Shown: one piece after another, positions 28,606 to 38,700 of the stretch | How positions within the stretch are numbered: the stretch's first letter is position 1 | Layout: the number at the start of each line of letters is the position of its first letter | Source of the DNA: Candidatus Obscuribacteraceae bacterium | GTDB lineage: Bacteria; Cyanobacteriota; Vampirovibrionia; Obscuribacterales; Obscuribacteraceae | Assembly: GCA_044226015.1 (NCBI GenBank) | Contig: JBGAHS010000002.1 | Coordinates: 625,571-689,570, forward strand | Direction: 5' to 3' | Length of the DNA: 64,000 bases | Program-made: the position numbers and the translations under genes | Notes under the pieces: generated by a model | The model's input: the letters and a program-made list of their open reading frames with translations, nothing else | What the model was told of the DNA's origin: nothing | The model's database searches: none

Positions 28606-31509
28606 ATGCTAGCTGAGACGCAGGACAAAGCTGACAATAAAGATCAGCCTGCCTCATCTGCGCAGGCGCAAAAAACATGGATGATTGAACTATCGGCCCT
28701 GTTTGTTTTTGCCCTGCTGATACGCTGTGCGTTCAATTTTTGGATTCCTCACGTCAACAATTTCGCTGCCTGCGACGCATTTGAATACATAAATAACGGA
28801 CAGGCACTAATGCAACTTGGCGCACAGCCCGCAGCTTTCTGGCAAGCTTGCATGAGCGTCTTAGCTGGCAACCACTCTGCTGATACATTGAAGCTGGTGA
28901 AGGAGGGATTGGAACCTCTCAAAGACTTCTACATTAGCGGACCAGTATATCCTGCGGTTCTTGCGCTAAATATAATCGCGTTTGGAGGCGGCGTAGGTAA
29001 CGTTCACAACGCGTGGCCAGCGCTTCTCTTTGGAAACAGCTTAGTTTCAGCGTTGACGTGCGTATTCATTGCATTGATTGCCCAAGAGTCTTTTGGCAAA
29101 AGAGAGGCAAGATTTGCAGGCATAATTTCTGCTATTTACCCGGCATTCATTGTAAATAGCGGAAGACTTTATTCCGAAACATTCGCGTGCTTCTTACTTT
29201 CAGCGCTTGCGTACCTGACAATAAGAGGCTTCCGTAATGGCGGTAATAATCTGGTACTAGTTTTTCTCAGCGGCTTTCTTGCAGCGGCACTACAACTGAC
29301 CCGCTCAGTCATGTCAGCCCTTAGTCTGGCCCTCATTCCAATTACTGCGTTGCAACAACAAGGCAAAAGACGACTCTTCTTTTTGTTGCCATTCATTATT
29401 GGATTTTCGCTGGTGGCGGTTCCTTGGCTTGCTTTTCAGAAGTTAGCTTTTGGTGGTGGCGGGTTAGTCGTTGACAGAGTCGGTCACTACAATTTCTTCA
29501 TCGGCAATAATATTGACACGCAAGGATGGCTCTCTTATCCATATCCCGATGGAAGAAATGTTGAATCAACAAGTTTTCCGCAGCTTTTTAGCTCAGCGTT
29601 CAAGAAGAGCCCTGCCCGCTGGACCCGGCTGATGCTGGATAAACCACTGCGATTGTTTAAGTACCCCTGGAACGATTTCCGCACCGCCATTGGTGCCATT
29701 TCATTTAAGTGGCAAGTCGCGATTCATGAGCTTGTTCTCTTTCTATCATTGCTCGGGTTGACATTGTGTACGCTTCTGTCATTTCCGCAAATGGCTGACA
29801 GAAAGCAACTCTACTCACGGCTCTTTCTTGCAGGGCTGTTTGCATTCCACTGCGTTTACTACCTGTTCATCACGGTGCCACGATATAACCTTACTTCCAT
29901 TCCAGAGATGATCATATTTGCAGCAGCGGCGCTTGGACTCGCTAGCAGAATGATAGAAGATAAGCAAACGCGTTCTCAAGGCTTGCTTTTGACGGGCAGC
30001 AGCATCGCCCTATTTCTTTTGATGAGGTTGAATCTTCTTGGAGTTTTTGCAAATCTCGCAAGCGTAGAGACTTCGTGGGTTTTACAATCAGCATTGCGCT
30101 TTATTGCATTTGCAGCAGTCATCTTCTCATGCGTGCGCAGTGTGCAAAGTAGCGCCGGTTACAAGCGAACTGCGCTGACAGCTCTGTCCTTAATGGCAAT
30201 CGCTATTTGCCCTTTAATAGTGATGCCTTTGCGTGCAAACGGACGACTCCAAGAATGGCACGTTGAGCTCAAGCCTGGCGAACAAGTTCAGCAAGAAATG
30301 CAATTAGCTCGGAGTGAATTGCAAAAAACGATTTATTTGCTGGTAGACACTGAAGGCGTGAAGCAGGGTGCAGATGGGTTTGAACTCAGCATCAATGGCG
30401 AAAAATTAAGCGGTCCGCTTTTGCCCAGTATGGCATTTGCTGAGGACTTTGACCGGTTTCTTGACCTGGGAAATAACAGTGTTCAACGAGAAGGTGAACG
30501 CATGTGGGATTCCCTGACGAATTCTGCAGACTGCGGAAATATCGACCTGCGGCAATGGTCAATGATTCCCATTCCGAGTTCTGTACTGAAGCGCGTAGCG
30601 AACGAATCTAGCACTAACGATAAGCAAACCTTATCTCTCAACGTAAGCATCAAGAATGCTGGTCATCAGATCATTAGACTTTACGGAAGTTATGACACTG
30701 GCAATAAAGAACGGCTTCTGCCCAGCGTTGCATCTTATTCCTGGGAAAAAGTATTTTACGGAGTAGAAAACGACGAAGGCTTGACTGACACCAGATATGA
30801 CATCAAGGTTCCGGCAAGCACATTGAGTGTCAGAAAACAAGATTTGAGCGATGAACCCGGTCTTCAAAACGGCGTATACAATCTCGCATTTCTAATTGCA
30901 CCACCGGTCAGTTCGCAAAATGAAAGACTGAATTCATCAGTTCCCACAGTTGAGCACCAGAGCGATTCAATGAAGGAACTTGCTTCTTTTGAGGTTCCCA
31001 TCTTGGAGAAAATAGAAAGCAAGAAAGGAGTTAACATTCCCATTGATCTCGACACTGCTGTTGAAGGTCCTAACAGTCTGAACACATTGCTAAGACAACC
31101 TTCTAAAAGAATTTGGGCTTCCAAAATAAATAATGATACAGTCTGGCTATTTGTAGTAAAAGGTTCCAGTAAAGTTAGGTCTGGCTCCGCCTGCCCTGCC
31201 GCCGAAATCACAACTACCTACACACGCCCAGATGGCAGCAAGTACACTTACAAATCATCATGGATTCCACGGCGCTTGCCCCGCGAAAACATCGGCGAGA
31301 ATGCGCCATTCGAGTTCATTGTTCCAATAAAACCAATTGTTCAAGGAGCGAAAGCTAGCTTCGCAAATTTGAACCTGCGCATAACGACGAAAGAGTCTCA
31401 GTACCTGAATTTGCAAAAACAGCCCGAAGGAATCATCGATTTCGAATCTGAAATCAAGTTGTTGAGCTTGCCTTCAAACCCTATCGGCTTAGGCCATCAG
31501 GTCATGTAA
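28606..31509 (+). CDS. GT-C (PMT_2/ArnT-like) membrane glycosyltransferase with large extracytoplasmic C-terminal region
   Basis: DAFEY in the first loop, GPVYPAVLA, YSETFA, VPRYNL; multiple TM helices. Confidence 0.75.
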   Translation: MLAETQDKADNKDQPASSAQAQKTWMIELSALFVFALLIRCAFNFWIPHVNNFAACDAFEYINNGQALMQLGAQPAAFWQACMSVLAGNHSADTLKLVKEGLEPLKDFYISGPVYPAVLALNIIAFGGGVGNVHNAWPALLFGNSLVSALTCVFIALIAQESFGKREARFAGIISAIYPAFIVNSGRLYSETFACFLLSALAYLTIRGFRNGGNNLVLVFLSGFLAAALQLTRSVMSALSLALIPITALQQQGKRRLFFLLPFIIGFSLVAVPWLAFQKLAFGGGGLVVDRVGHYNFFIGNNIDTQGWLSYPYPDGRNVESTSFPQLFSSAFKKSPARWTRLMLDKPLRLFKYPWNDFRTAIGAISFKWQVAIHELVLFLSLLGLTLCTLLSFPQMADRKQLYSRLFLAGLFAFHCVYYLFITVPRYNLTSIPEMIIFAAAALGLASRMIEDKQTRSQGLLLTGSSIALFLLMRLNLLGVFANLASVETSWVLQSALRFIAFAAVIFSCVRSVQSSAGYKRTALTALSLMAIAICPLIVMPLRANGRLQEWHVELKPGEQVQQEMQLARSELQKTIYLLVDTEGVKQGADGFELSINGEKLSGPLLPSMAFAEDFDRFLDLGNNSVQREGERMWDSLTNSADCGNIDLRQWSMIPIPSSVLKRVANESSTNDKQTLSLNVSIKNAGHQIIRLYGSYDTGNKERLLPSVASYSWEKVFYGVENDEGLTDTRYDIKVPASTLSVRKQDLSDEPGLQNGVYNLAFLIAPPVSSQNERLNSSVPTVEHQSDSMKELASFEVPILEKIESKKGVNIPIDLDTAVEGPNSLNTLLRQPSKRIWASKINNDTVWLFVVKGSSKVRSGSACPAAEITTTYTRPDGSKYTYKSSWIPRRLPRENIGENAPFEFIVPIKPIVQGAKASFANLNLRITTKESQYLNLQKQPEGIIDFESEIKLLSLPSNPIGLGHQVM

Positions 31510-31638
31510 TATTCGTAGAAAACTGCAGTTCAAATAACAAAAAGCAAACCTTATTGAAGAAAATCGAGCGCGAAGCCTGTAAACTTTGCGAAGAGAAGAA
31601 ATCTGTGTTAACTTTTTGATGGATGTGGAGGGTTTCCC

Positions 31639-33123
31639 GTGCGGGCTACTGCTTCAGTAGCGCTAACAGCGATTTGCTTGGTTCAGGCTTTATCATGCCT
31701 GGCAGCAACTCACACTGCCTCAATGGTCCCCAAAATCTCAGAAAGAAGCCCCAGCACATCGAGCGCAGAAGCCGAAAACAGGTTAACAGGGACAGCATCT
31801 TTTAGCGCAAGCCTCACGGCAAGAGACTATGACCAGGGATTGAAGGATTTGAGCCTCCGCCTTTATGGTCCAGCAAAAGAACGGCTTGCGCGAGCACTTG
31901 AGAGCTTATCTAAAACTAGAGACGGAAATGAGCAGAAAGCGCGGGCAAAACTTAGCCTGGCGGAAGCTTACTTAGGTCTAGAAAATTACCCGCGGGCCAA
32001 AACAATGCTGGAAGAGGCTCGTTTGGCATGCTTTGAGACTTTCGGAGCTAATTCAGAAGAAGTAGTACGATATTATGCCGACCTTGCCGAACTAAATCTA
32101 GAAACAGGCACAGCTGCATCTGCTACACAAGCTGCTGATCAATGCCTTAAGTTAGTCGAAAAAAATGGAAAACAGGGATTTGAACTGGCGAAAGCACAAG
32201 TACTCATGGGTCGAGTTTTGTCTAACCAAAATTACAATGAAATGGCACGTGACTTTCTGAAGAAAGCTCTGCCTGCATTAGAAATGGCACCCGGCATCGA
32301 CAGACTAGAGTACGCAAATGCGCTTGCCAGTCTCGCACTTGTCGAGAAAAAAATGGGCAATGAAGACGAATCTGCAGAGCAGATGAAAAAAGCCTTTGCC
32401 ATCAAAGATGATGCTGTTGATTTAACAAAAACTGAGAGTCAGAAGGGTGTCGTTAAATACAAATGGACTGAGGGACTCTACGGCAGTCGTCAAATTGTTG
32501 ACCCAACCTATCCATTGAAATACATGGTTGTAGACGGTGTGAGAGTCGCTTGTACAGTGGTGCGCAGCTACAAGCATATGGCAGTTCTGATTTCACTGGC
32601 AAATTGCTCACCTAAGCCACTTCACTTAGCAGTCGGTGCAGCATCGCTCGAAAAGCTCAGCCCAGGACGAAAGCTAATGGAATATTGCGACCCCGGCTTG
32701 ATAGACGAAGTGCTGGAAGAAGATGTGATTCTCGATAGAACGTGGCGTCGAAAAGCTTTATGCCACATTCAAAAATCGCGCAGAATTCCTGGCTATCTAA
32801 AAAACGGAGTCTTAGACTCTGACGATTTTTTTGGCAACAATGAATTCGGGCTGTACGGAGCCTGGGATTCACACCTGCGTGATGCACCACCCATAGTGAC
32901 ACGTGAGCAATTCTTTTATGATGAGCGACCCAAGCACGGAGACCAGGAAATACTCGGCTTCATGCGTGGGAATGCTTCAGTTCGCCCAACATACATTGAA
33001 ACAGGCGCAGCCAGAACGGGAGTAGTTTTCTTTTTAAGAGACCGATGGGACGACGCTCTTGTGCGCGTCAAAATCGGCAACGCCGAACTCCAATTTCCAT
33101 TTCACGTAGCCCCAGGACAATAG
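31639..33123 (+). CDS. Exported TPR protein
   Basis: Signal-like N-terminus; TPR-like helices (LSLAEAYLGLENYPRA, YANALASLALVE). Confidence 0.75.
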   Translation: MRATASVALTAICLVQALSCLAATHTASMVPKISERSPSTSSAEAENRLTGTASFSASLTARDYDQGLKDLSLRLYGPAKERLARALESLSKTRDGNEQKARAKLSLAEAYLGLENYPRAKTMLEEARLACFETFGANSEEVVRYYADLAELNLETGTAASATQAADQCLKLVEKNGKQGFELAKAQVLMGRVLSNQNYNEMARDFLKKALPALEMAPGIDRLEYANALASLALVEKKMGNEDESAEQMKKAFAIKDDAVDLTKTESQKGVVKYKWTEGLYGSRQIVDPTYPLKYMVVDGVRVACTVVRSYKHMAVLISLANCSPKPLHLAVGAASLEKLSPGRKLMEYCDPGLIDEVLEEDVILDRTWRRKALCHIQKSRRIPGYLKNGVLDSDDFFGNNEFGLYGAWDSHLRDAPPIVTREQFFYDERPKHGDQEILGFMRGNASVRPTYIETGAARTGVVFFLRDRWDDALVRVKIGNAELQFPFHVAPGQ

Positions 33124-33137
33124 CAAAGGAAAAAACC

Positions 33138-33494
33138 ATGTGGGAAAGATTGCAAATGAGTGCGCAGCAACTTATGGGTCAGGGAAAGCCAGCTGAGGCT
33201 GAGAGTTATTTCCGCCAATCTCTGATGGAAGCGGAGAAAGAATTTGGAATGTGGCACAACAATGTTGCAACGATTCTGAACAATCTTGGAAGTTGCTACC
33301 GTGTGCAGGGACGATGGATTGAAGCAGAGTCAAGCTACAAGAGAGCTCTTGAAGTCAGACGAAAGGCACTTGGTCCACTACATAAAGACGAAGTCATTAT
33401 TTTGGAAAATTATGCAAAGGTTTTGCGTTCACTAAACAAAGAAGCCGAAGCAAAAAAGATGGAGCAAACAGCAATGGGAATTATGCGTCGCTAG
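33138..33494 (+). CDS. Small TPR protein (kinesin-light-chain-like repeat)
   Basis: VATILNNLGSCYRVQGRWIEAESSYKRALEVRRKALGPLH; AAAGGA RBS before ATG 33138. Confidence 0.85.
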   Translation: MWERLQMSAQQLMGQGKPAEAESYFRQSLMEAEKEFGMWHNNVATILNNLGSCYRVQGRWIEAESSYKRALEVRRKALGPLHKDEVIILENYAKVLRSLNKEAEAKKMEQTAMGIMRR

Positions 33495-33546
33495 GGCGCA
33501 CGTCAAACGGTATAACAAAAGGACTATCAAAAGACGCCAGAAAAGC

Positions 33547-33700
33547 CTTTGCAGCGAAGGGAATCGAATAGGACTTGCGAAAAGAATCGAGTAGATTTGG
33601 CCGGCAAGGGGATTCCAGTAGACTTTGCAGCAATGGGAATGAAGTAGAACCTCGCAACAAAATCGAGTAGATTTGGCCAGCAAGAGAAACCAAACAGACT
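33547..33700. repeat. Degenerate 76-bp duplication built from ~25-bp subunits
   Basis: AATCGAGTAGATTTGGCC(G/A)GCAAG at 33585 and 33661; CTTTGCAGC..GGGAAT at 33547 and 33623; both offsets are 76. Confidence 0.7.
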
Positions 33701-33914
33701 TCTCCGTGCACAGATTCATCGACACGCAGATTCACCTAGCGCAAAGAATCCAAGTGGTACATTCTTCCTAATTCGAGAAATTTGAGAGTCGGATATACAT
33801 AAGCCCAGACTTGTAAAGCGGTCGCATCAGCGGTCTTTCGCTGTTTTGTGCAATTTTCCACGTTTGAAAGTGGTATCACCCGAGGTATTAAAAATGCGTA
33901 GAGGTATCACTGAG

Positions 33915-34232
33915 ATGAAAGCCACCATGAAGACTTTATCTGCTATTTTGCTTGCGCTAATTTGTGCGGTACCAGCAACACAAGCCCAAGACCTCAGCTG
34001 GGAAGCGCATTACAGCAAGGCAGAACGAGCCTATGCAAAGAGAAATCTTTTCGAAGCAAGACACGAGTTCTTGGTGGCACTCAAAGAAGCAAAAAACTGC
34101 CAGGCCGATCGAGAACTGGCGAGTAAAGTAGAAAACCTCGCACTCAGCTACCAGTCGCAAGACAATGCCGCGCTCGCGCAACCATTGATCAAATTGGCGC
34201 AAAAGCTGAAATCAAACATCCCAACGATGTAA
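33915..34232 (+). CDS. Small exported helical (TPR-like) protein
   Basis: Signal peptide MKATMKTLSAILLALICAVPATQA; helical body. Confidence 0.7.
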   Translation: MKATMKTLSAILLALICAVPATQAQDLSWEAHYSKAERAYAKRNLFEARHEFLVALKEAKNCQADRELASKVENLALSYQSQDNAALAQPLIKLAQKLKSNIPTM

Positions 34233-34308
34233 ATTGAACCTATGGACTTTGTGAGACTGCTACGTCTCATATATAATAGGTGCTCATCAAATATTGTGGG
34301 GAGCAGCC

Positions 34309-34689
34309 ATGACATCTTTCCTGGAAAACGACGTTGAACTCAACAAAGTACTGACTGGCAAGGTCATCGCAAGTGCCTCCAGCAGCCTGACGTTTTTCGC
34401 TGTCAAATTTACAGATGGTTCTGGTGTTTTGCTTGAATCGGTCGGAACTCCCGACAGCTTGACTGTAAGGCATACCCTCATGAGCGCGGATGAACTGCCG
34501 CAAATTGATGAAGCCGTGTGCAAGGTAGATTGGGGTTGGATTACAGAATCGACAATCAAGTCAGTGCGCACAACGATTGGCTCTTTTAAGTTCATGCTTG
34601 AGCCCGCAGAAGATTTATTGGTCACAGCAATGATTTGGGAGCAGAAACCATTTCTCGGTTTCAAGCCATACCAAGCAAGCACAAAATAG
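34309..34689 (+). CDS. Hypothetical protein
   Basis: GGGGAG RBS before ATG 34309; protein-like composition. Confidence 0.65.
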   Translation: MTSFLENDVELNKVLTGKVIASASSSLTFFAVKFTDGSGVLLESVGTPDSLTVRHTLMSADELPQIDEAVCKVDWGWITESTIKSVRTTIGSFKFMLEPAEDLLVTAMIWEQKPFLGFKPYQASTK

Positions 34690-34794
34690 CTTTAGCACTA
34701 CAGCTTCTGCGCTTCTCTGCTTCTTGATTCAACAAGCACTACATATAGTGCCAGAGCAAACAGTTCATCATCTTGTGGCTTTAGACTGAGCAAA

Positions 34795-36480
34795 ATGGAT
34801 CGGCACAAGCACAATCAGATAATACTCGGGCTGGCTACCATAATAGTGCTCGCTAGCACTGCAGCTTGCGGACAAAAGTCACTAGAAAATAAACCAAAAC
34901 AGACAACATCTCCGCTGACTGCTGAAATCAGCATAGACGCTTCCAGAGTTATCAGAACGATTCCACCAGAGCTTTTTGGAGCGAACATAGAGTGGACGAT
35001 GAATATGCAGGGAATCTGGTTAGCCGAAAAAAACTGCATTGATCCAGAAATACTGCAGCTGTCAAAAGAGTCCGGGCTTGCTCTTTTTAGATATCCCGGA
35101 GGCACCGGTGCTGATTACTATGACTGGGAAAAGGGAATCGGTCCTGCGGCTAGCCGTCAACAACAAAGACGCGTTATTAGCGAAGGTAGTGAAGTTAATT
35201 TATTTGGTACAGATGAGTTGCTCTCGTTCTGTGAGAAACTTGAAGCAAAAGCAATTTTGACAGTGAACCTGATCACCGAGTCTTCGGAAAAGGCAGCAAA
35301 TTGGGTAGCTTACTGCAACCGACAGAACGACTATCAAGCCTCAAGAAAGGTCCCGTCAGCGGTGCAAAAGATCGCTTTTTGGGAACTAGCAAACGAGCCT
35401 TACATGAAGGCAGACAACCCCAATACCAGAGCAAGCTCGATTAGCGCGGAAGAATATGTGCGCAAAAGCAAAGATTTCATAGATGCAATGCGGCGAAAGG
35501 ATGCCTCAGTCAAAATCGCGGCTGTTGGGGGAAGTGACTTTACTCGATACTCCTTTCTTTCCGATAGAGACTGGAATCAAAAAATACTCAAACAATTGGG
35601 CAATAAAATCGATGTGCTCTCGTTGCACACCGGGTATGCACCACTAATAATCGAGAATACCGACTATTCCCTAGAGGACGTGTATTCTTCACTACTTGCA
35701 TTTCCAAAATTGATGGACGAAAACCTGAACAAAGTAAGCAGAGAAATTGACGATTGCGTCAAACCATCACCATCGAAAGTAAGCATAGCAGTGACAGAGT
35801 GGGCGCCTTTATTTCATGTTGCAACAACGAGTCCATGGGTCGACCATCCAAAGACCTTCGGCTCAGGACTGTACACAGCATTGGTTTTACAATCACTAAT
35901 TCGCAACCCACGAGTTAGCGCAAGCACTTTCTTCAAGCTGAAAGACTTTCTTTTCGGCGGAATTATCGGATTTAACAACGTTCCAAAATCCAGCTTTTAT
36001 GCTTTGAAAATGTATTCAGCGTTGCGCAAGCAAAACCTGCTTGCCTGCAAAACCGAATCACCTACTTATGATGCAAAAGCCGTCGGATTGATTCCAGAAA
36101 TAAAGCAAGTGCCTTTGCTAGACACCATCTCAACAATGCACCCTCAGAGAAAAACTCTTTCAATCTGCGCTATTAACCGCAGCATCGACACAGCCTTGCG
36201 AACTCACATTGAGATAAAAGACTACAAGCCTAAACCCGGTTGCAAAATCACCATATTTGATGCCGCCAATCTGGACTCAAACAATGGAAAAGACATTCCA
36301 GACGTTCCAGGCTACAGTTGGGCGCACCAAAAAGAAGCGACACACAACCCCCAGTTTCAACAAGGGCGACCGGGCACTCTGCAACTACAAACCCGTGCCT
36401 TTAGCGGCGCAAGCAACAGTTTCGATTTCACTTTCCCACCGCATTCGGCAGTTTGTCTTACTTTAGAAAGTGCAATCTAG
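34795..36480 (+). CDS. GH51 alpha-L-arabinofuranosidase-like lipoprotein
   Basis: LFGANIE, RYPGG, FGTDE, WELANEPY (acid/base), VTEW (nucleophile), FTFPPHS; lipobox-like STAAC. Confidence 0.85.
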   Translation: MDRHKHNQIILGLATIIVLASTAACGQKSLENKPKQTTSPLTAEISIDASRVIRTIPPELFGANIEWTMNMQGIWLAEKNCIDPEILQLSKESGLALFRYPGGTGADYYDWEKGIGPAASRQQQRRVISEGSEVNLFGTDELLSFCEKLEAKAILTVNLITESSEKAANWVAYCNRQNDYQASRKVPSAVQKIAFWELANEPYMKADNPNTRASSISAEEYVRKSKDFIDAMRRKDASVKIAAVGGSDFTRYSFLSDRDWNQKILKQLGNKIDVLSLHTGYAPLIIENTDYSLEDVYSSLLAFPKLMDENLNKVSREIDDCVKPSPSKVSIAVTEWAPLFHVATTSPWVDHPKTFGSGLYTALVLQSLIRNPRVSASTFFKLKDFLFGGIIGFNNVPKSSFYALKMYSALRKQNLLACKTESPTYDAKAVGLIPEIKQVPLLDTISTMHPQRKTLSICAINRSIDTALRTHIEIKDYKPKPGCKITIFDAANLDSNNGKDIPDVPGYSWAHQKEATHNPQFQQGRPGTLQLQTRAFSGASNSFDFTFPPHSAVCLTLESAI

Positions 36481-36553
36481 CACGCAACCAAAATATTCCT
36501 TGTCGGAAGCAATAACCCGATGTAATTCAAACGCGTACATTACTTGCAAGAAG

Positions 36554-37294
36554 CTATTTTTTGCGAATCGGAGTTGATGGAGCTGGATTTAACAGCGTAA
36601 TCAAAAGAGGAATCTCAAGCGTTGTTATAATACCCATCGGTCTTTCCGCATGCCCGCCGCTATTGGTGATAATAATAGCTTTCAGATGCTTACCTCGCTT
36701 GTAGGAAGCTTCAAATAAGGCGAGGGCGTCGAATATAGAACTCTTCGCGCCAAGCACAGAAAATTCTTCAGCACCTTCCGCAAACTGCAGAACGTCGCGA
36801 ACCCTGGTGCCTGGGTCGATATAATCTGCAGAATGAAACGCGTCAGCTAGCCACATTGCAATGGCTTCGGTGGTTAGCAATCCAATGAGCTTGTTACCGT
36901 TATAGACCGGAGCTTGATTAAACTGACCAGATTTCAGCTGAGCCAGTACGTTTTTGAGCGAGTCCTGTGGTGCACAGACCACGACATGGCGGTGAAAATG
37001 GTCTTCGAGCAACTCTGCATGAATAATTTTGTCTGCTATCGACTCGATTCGCGAGACCACGTCTGGATGTGGCTCAGCTATGGCCTCCGTTCCGATTCTC
37101 TTGTGAACAATTGCGTTTCGCAGTTCGGCGAATTCTTTAAGGTCCTCCTTAAAGTGAGCAAAAGCCGGATTAGACCTCGAAACGTGATCGAGCAAAAACG
37201 AAAAGGATTCGTGTCCAGACCCCGTTATCCGCCTCAGCTCTTCCTCGAGCCGACAAAAGGCATTCAAAAATCGTTCGGACAATTCAGTAGACAT
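36554..37294 (-). CDS. HEPN-like (RxxxxH) plus CBS-pair protein
   Basis: Helical N-terminus with ELRNAIVH; two CBS-like repeats (QAPVYNGNKLIGLLTT; AIIIT..G...PMGIIT). Confidence 0.8.
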   Translation of the reverse strand: MSTELSERFLNAFCRLEEELRRITGSGHESFSFLLDHVSRSNPAFAHFKEDLKEFAELRNAIVHKRIGTEAIAEPHPDVVSRIESIADKIIHAELLEDHFHRHVVVCAPQDSLKNVLAQLKSGQFNQAPVYNGNKLIGLLTTEAIAMWLADAFHSADYIDPGTRVRDVLQFAEGAEEFSVLGAKSSIFDALALFEASYKRGKHLKAIIITNSGGHAERPMGIITTLEIPLLITLLNPAPSTPIRKK

Positions 37295-37397
37295 CGTACC
37301 CAGGAATTGTTAGATTGAGCATATTATGAGAGATTGACAACCTTCTTTCTTATGTAAGGATAGCTTGGTTGGGGTAAATAATTTGCAGGAGCTAAAA

Positions 37398-38678
37398 ATG
37401 AAAAAAGCAGTTCTAAGCAAATTGGTGCCCGCGCAAACGCTTGCGCTACTTAGCTTTCTCGCATATGCTGTTCCTGCGGAAAGCCAGGAAATGCAGTATT
37501 CTGGCGGGTCCGACGAATTTGCGCAGCTCAACAATGTGCTCAACAACGCAGATGCCGGTCGCAGCTGGAGCGCGCCGCAGGGCAACATGGGCGGCGGCGG
37601 CATGAACGGCTCCCAGATGGGCAACATGGGCGGCGGCATGAACGGCTCCCAGATGGGCAACATGGGCGGCGGCATGAACGGCTCCCCAATGGGCAACATG
37701 GGTGGCGGCATGAACGGCCCCCAGATGGGCAACATGGGCGGCGGCATGAATGGCTACATGGGCGGCGGCATGATGAACGGTTCCCAGATGGGCAACATGG
37801 GTGGCGGCATGATGAACGGCTCCCAGATGGGCAACATGGGCGGCGGCATGATGAATGGCTCCCAGATGGGCAACATGGGTGGCGGCATGATGAACGGCTC
37901 CCAGATGGGCAACATGGGTGGCGGCATGATGAATGGCTCCCAGATGGGCAACATGGGTGGCGGCATGATGAACGGCTCCCAGATGGGCAACATGGGTGGC
38001 GGCATGATGAACGGTTCCCCAATGGGAAATGGTTTCACGCCAGGACCCCAAACTGGCAATATGGGCGGCATGATGGGCGCACCTCAAATGGGCGGCATGA
38101 TGGGCGCACCCGCCATGAACAATAGCCCTTTCGGCAACCTTGCAAAGCTGATGGGTGGACAGCCCAACCCTCTAACCGGAAATGTGCAATCCACCGGAAA
38201 CAAAGGCATCGGAAGCATGCTTCAACAGTTCATGCAAGGTAATGCCAACTCGCCTGGTACTGCAGTTGGTGCCAGCAATCCGTTCAACCGAATGAACCTT
38301 TTAAAGACTTTTTTCGGCGGGGCTCCAGGCACCGCAGGCAGTGGCAGCAGCAGCGGCAACTCCGCTGAACAGCAAGCAAAGAACGCGAGCGTTACTGGTC
38401 AGGCTGAGGCATTATTCCAGAGGGCGACGAATCAAGCAGCGCAAGCCGTTTCTGATGCAGAACGTGCCAGCAAAGGGTATGGCGATAAGGGCTCGCGCCT
38501 GGCCGCGGCATCCAGCGCACAATACCACGCAAATGATGCACGAGCGGCCGCCGACGAAGCTGGAAATATAACCTATAGCGGTCCTCAGTACGCACAAGAT
38601 TACGCAGCACAAGCCCGTGCACAGGCAAATCGGGCGCAGGAAGCTGCAGACCGTGCCGCTTACAATGCTGCACAATAG
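37398..38678 (+). CDS. Exported Gly/Met/Asn-rich repeat protein with C-terminal Ala-rich helical domain
   Basis: AGGAG RBS; signal peptide; about 12 GNMGGGM(M)NGSQM repeats; Ala/Gln-rich coiled C-terminus. Confidence 0.8.
   Translation: MKKAVLSKLVPAQTLALLSFLAYAVPAESQEMQYSGGSDEFAQLNNVLNNADAGRSWSAPQGNMGGGGMNGSQMGNMGGGMNGSQMGNMGGGMNGSPMGNMGGGMNGPQMGNMGGGMNGYMGGGMMNGSQMGNMGGGMMNGSQMGNMGGGMMNGSQMGNMGGGMMNGSQMGNMGGGMMNGSQMGNMGGGMMNGSQMGNMGGGMMNGSPMGNGFTPGPQTGNMGGMMGAPQMGGMMGAPAMNNSPFGNLAKLMGGQPNPLTGNVQSTGNKGIGSMLQQFMQGNANSPGTAVGASNPFNRMNLLKTFFGGAPGTAGSGSSSGNSAEQQAKNASVTGQAEALFQRATNQAAQAVSDAERASKGYGDKGSRLAAASSAQYHANDARAAADEAGNITYSGPQYAQDYAAQARAQANRAQEAADRAAYNAAQ
37581..38029 (+). repeat. Coding tandem repeat with 36- and 39-bp units
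   Basis: Six 39-bp units at 37791-38024, preceded by mostly 36-bp variants. Confidence 0.95.
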
Positions 38679-38700
38679 AGAACCAGTCAAAACCTAACCC

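Noticed and set aside
34287..34682. 131-aa minus-strand ORF
   Set aside because: Antisense shadow of the RBS-supported plus ORF 34309-34689
34691..34720. CIRCE element (TTAGCACT half-site)
   Set aside because: No matching GAGTGCTAA half after 9 nt, and it is not upstream of a chaperone gene
37310..38087. Cys-rich, His-rich and Pro-rich minus-strand ORFs (metallothionein- or RiPP-like)
   Set aside because: These are shadow frames of the Met/Gly repeat; the plus-strand ORF has the RBS, signal peptide and unique flanks
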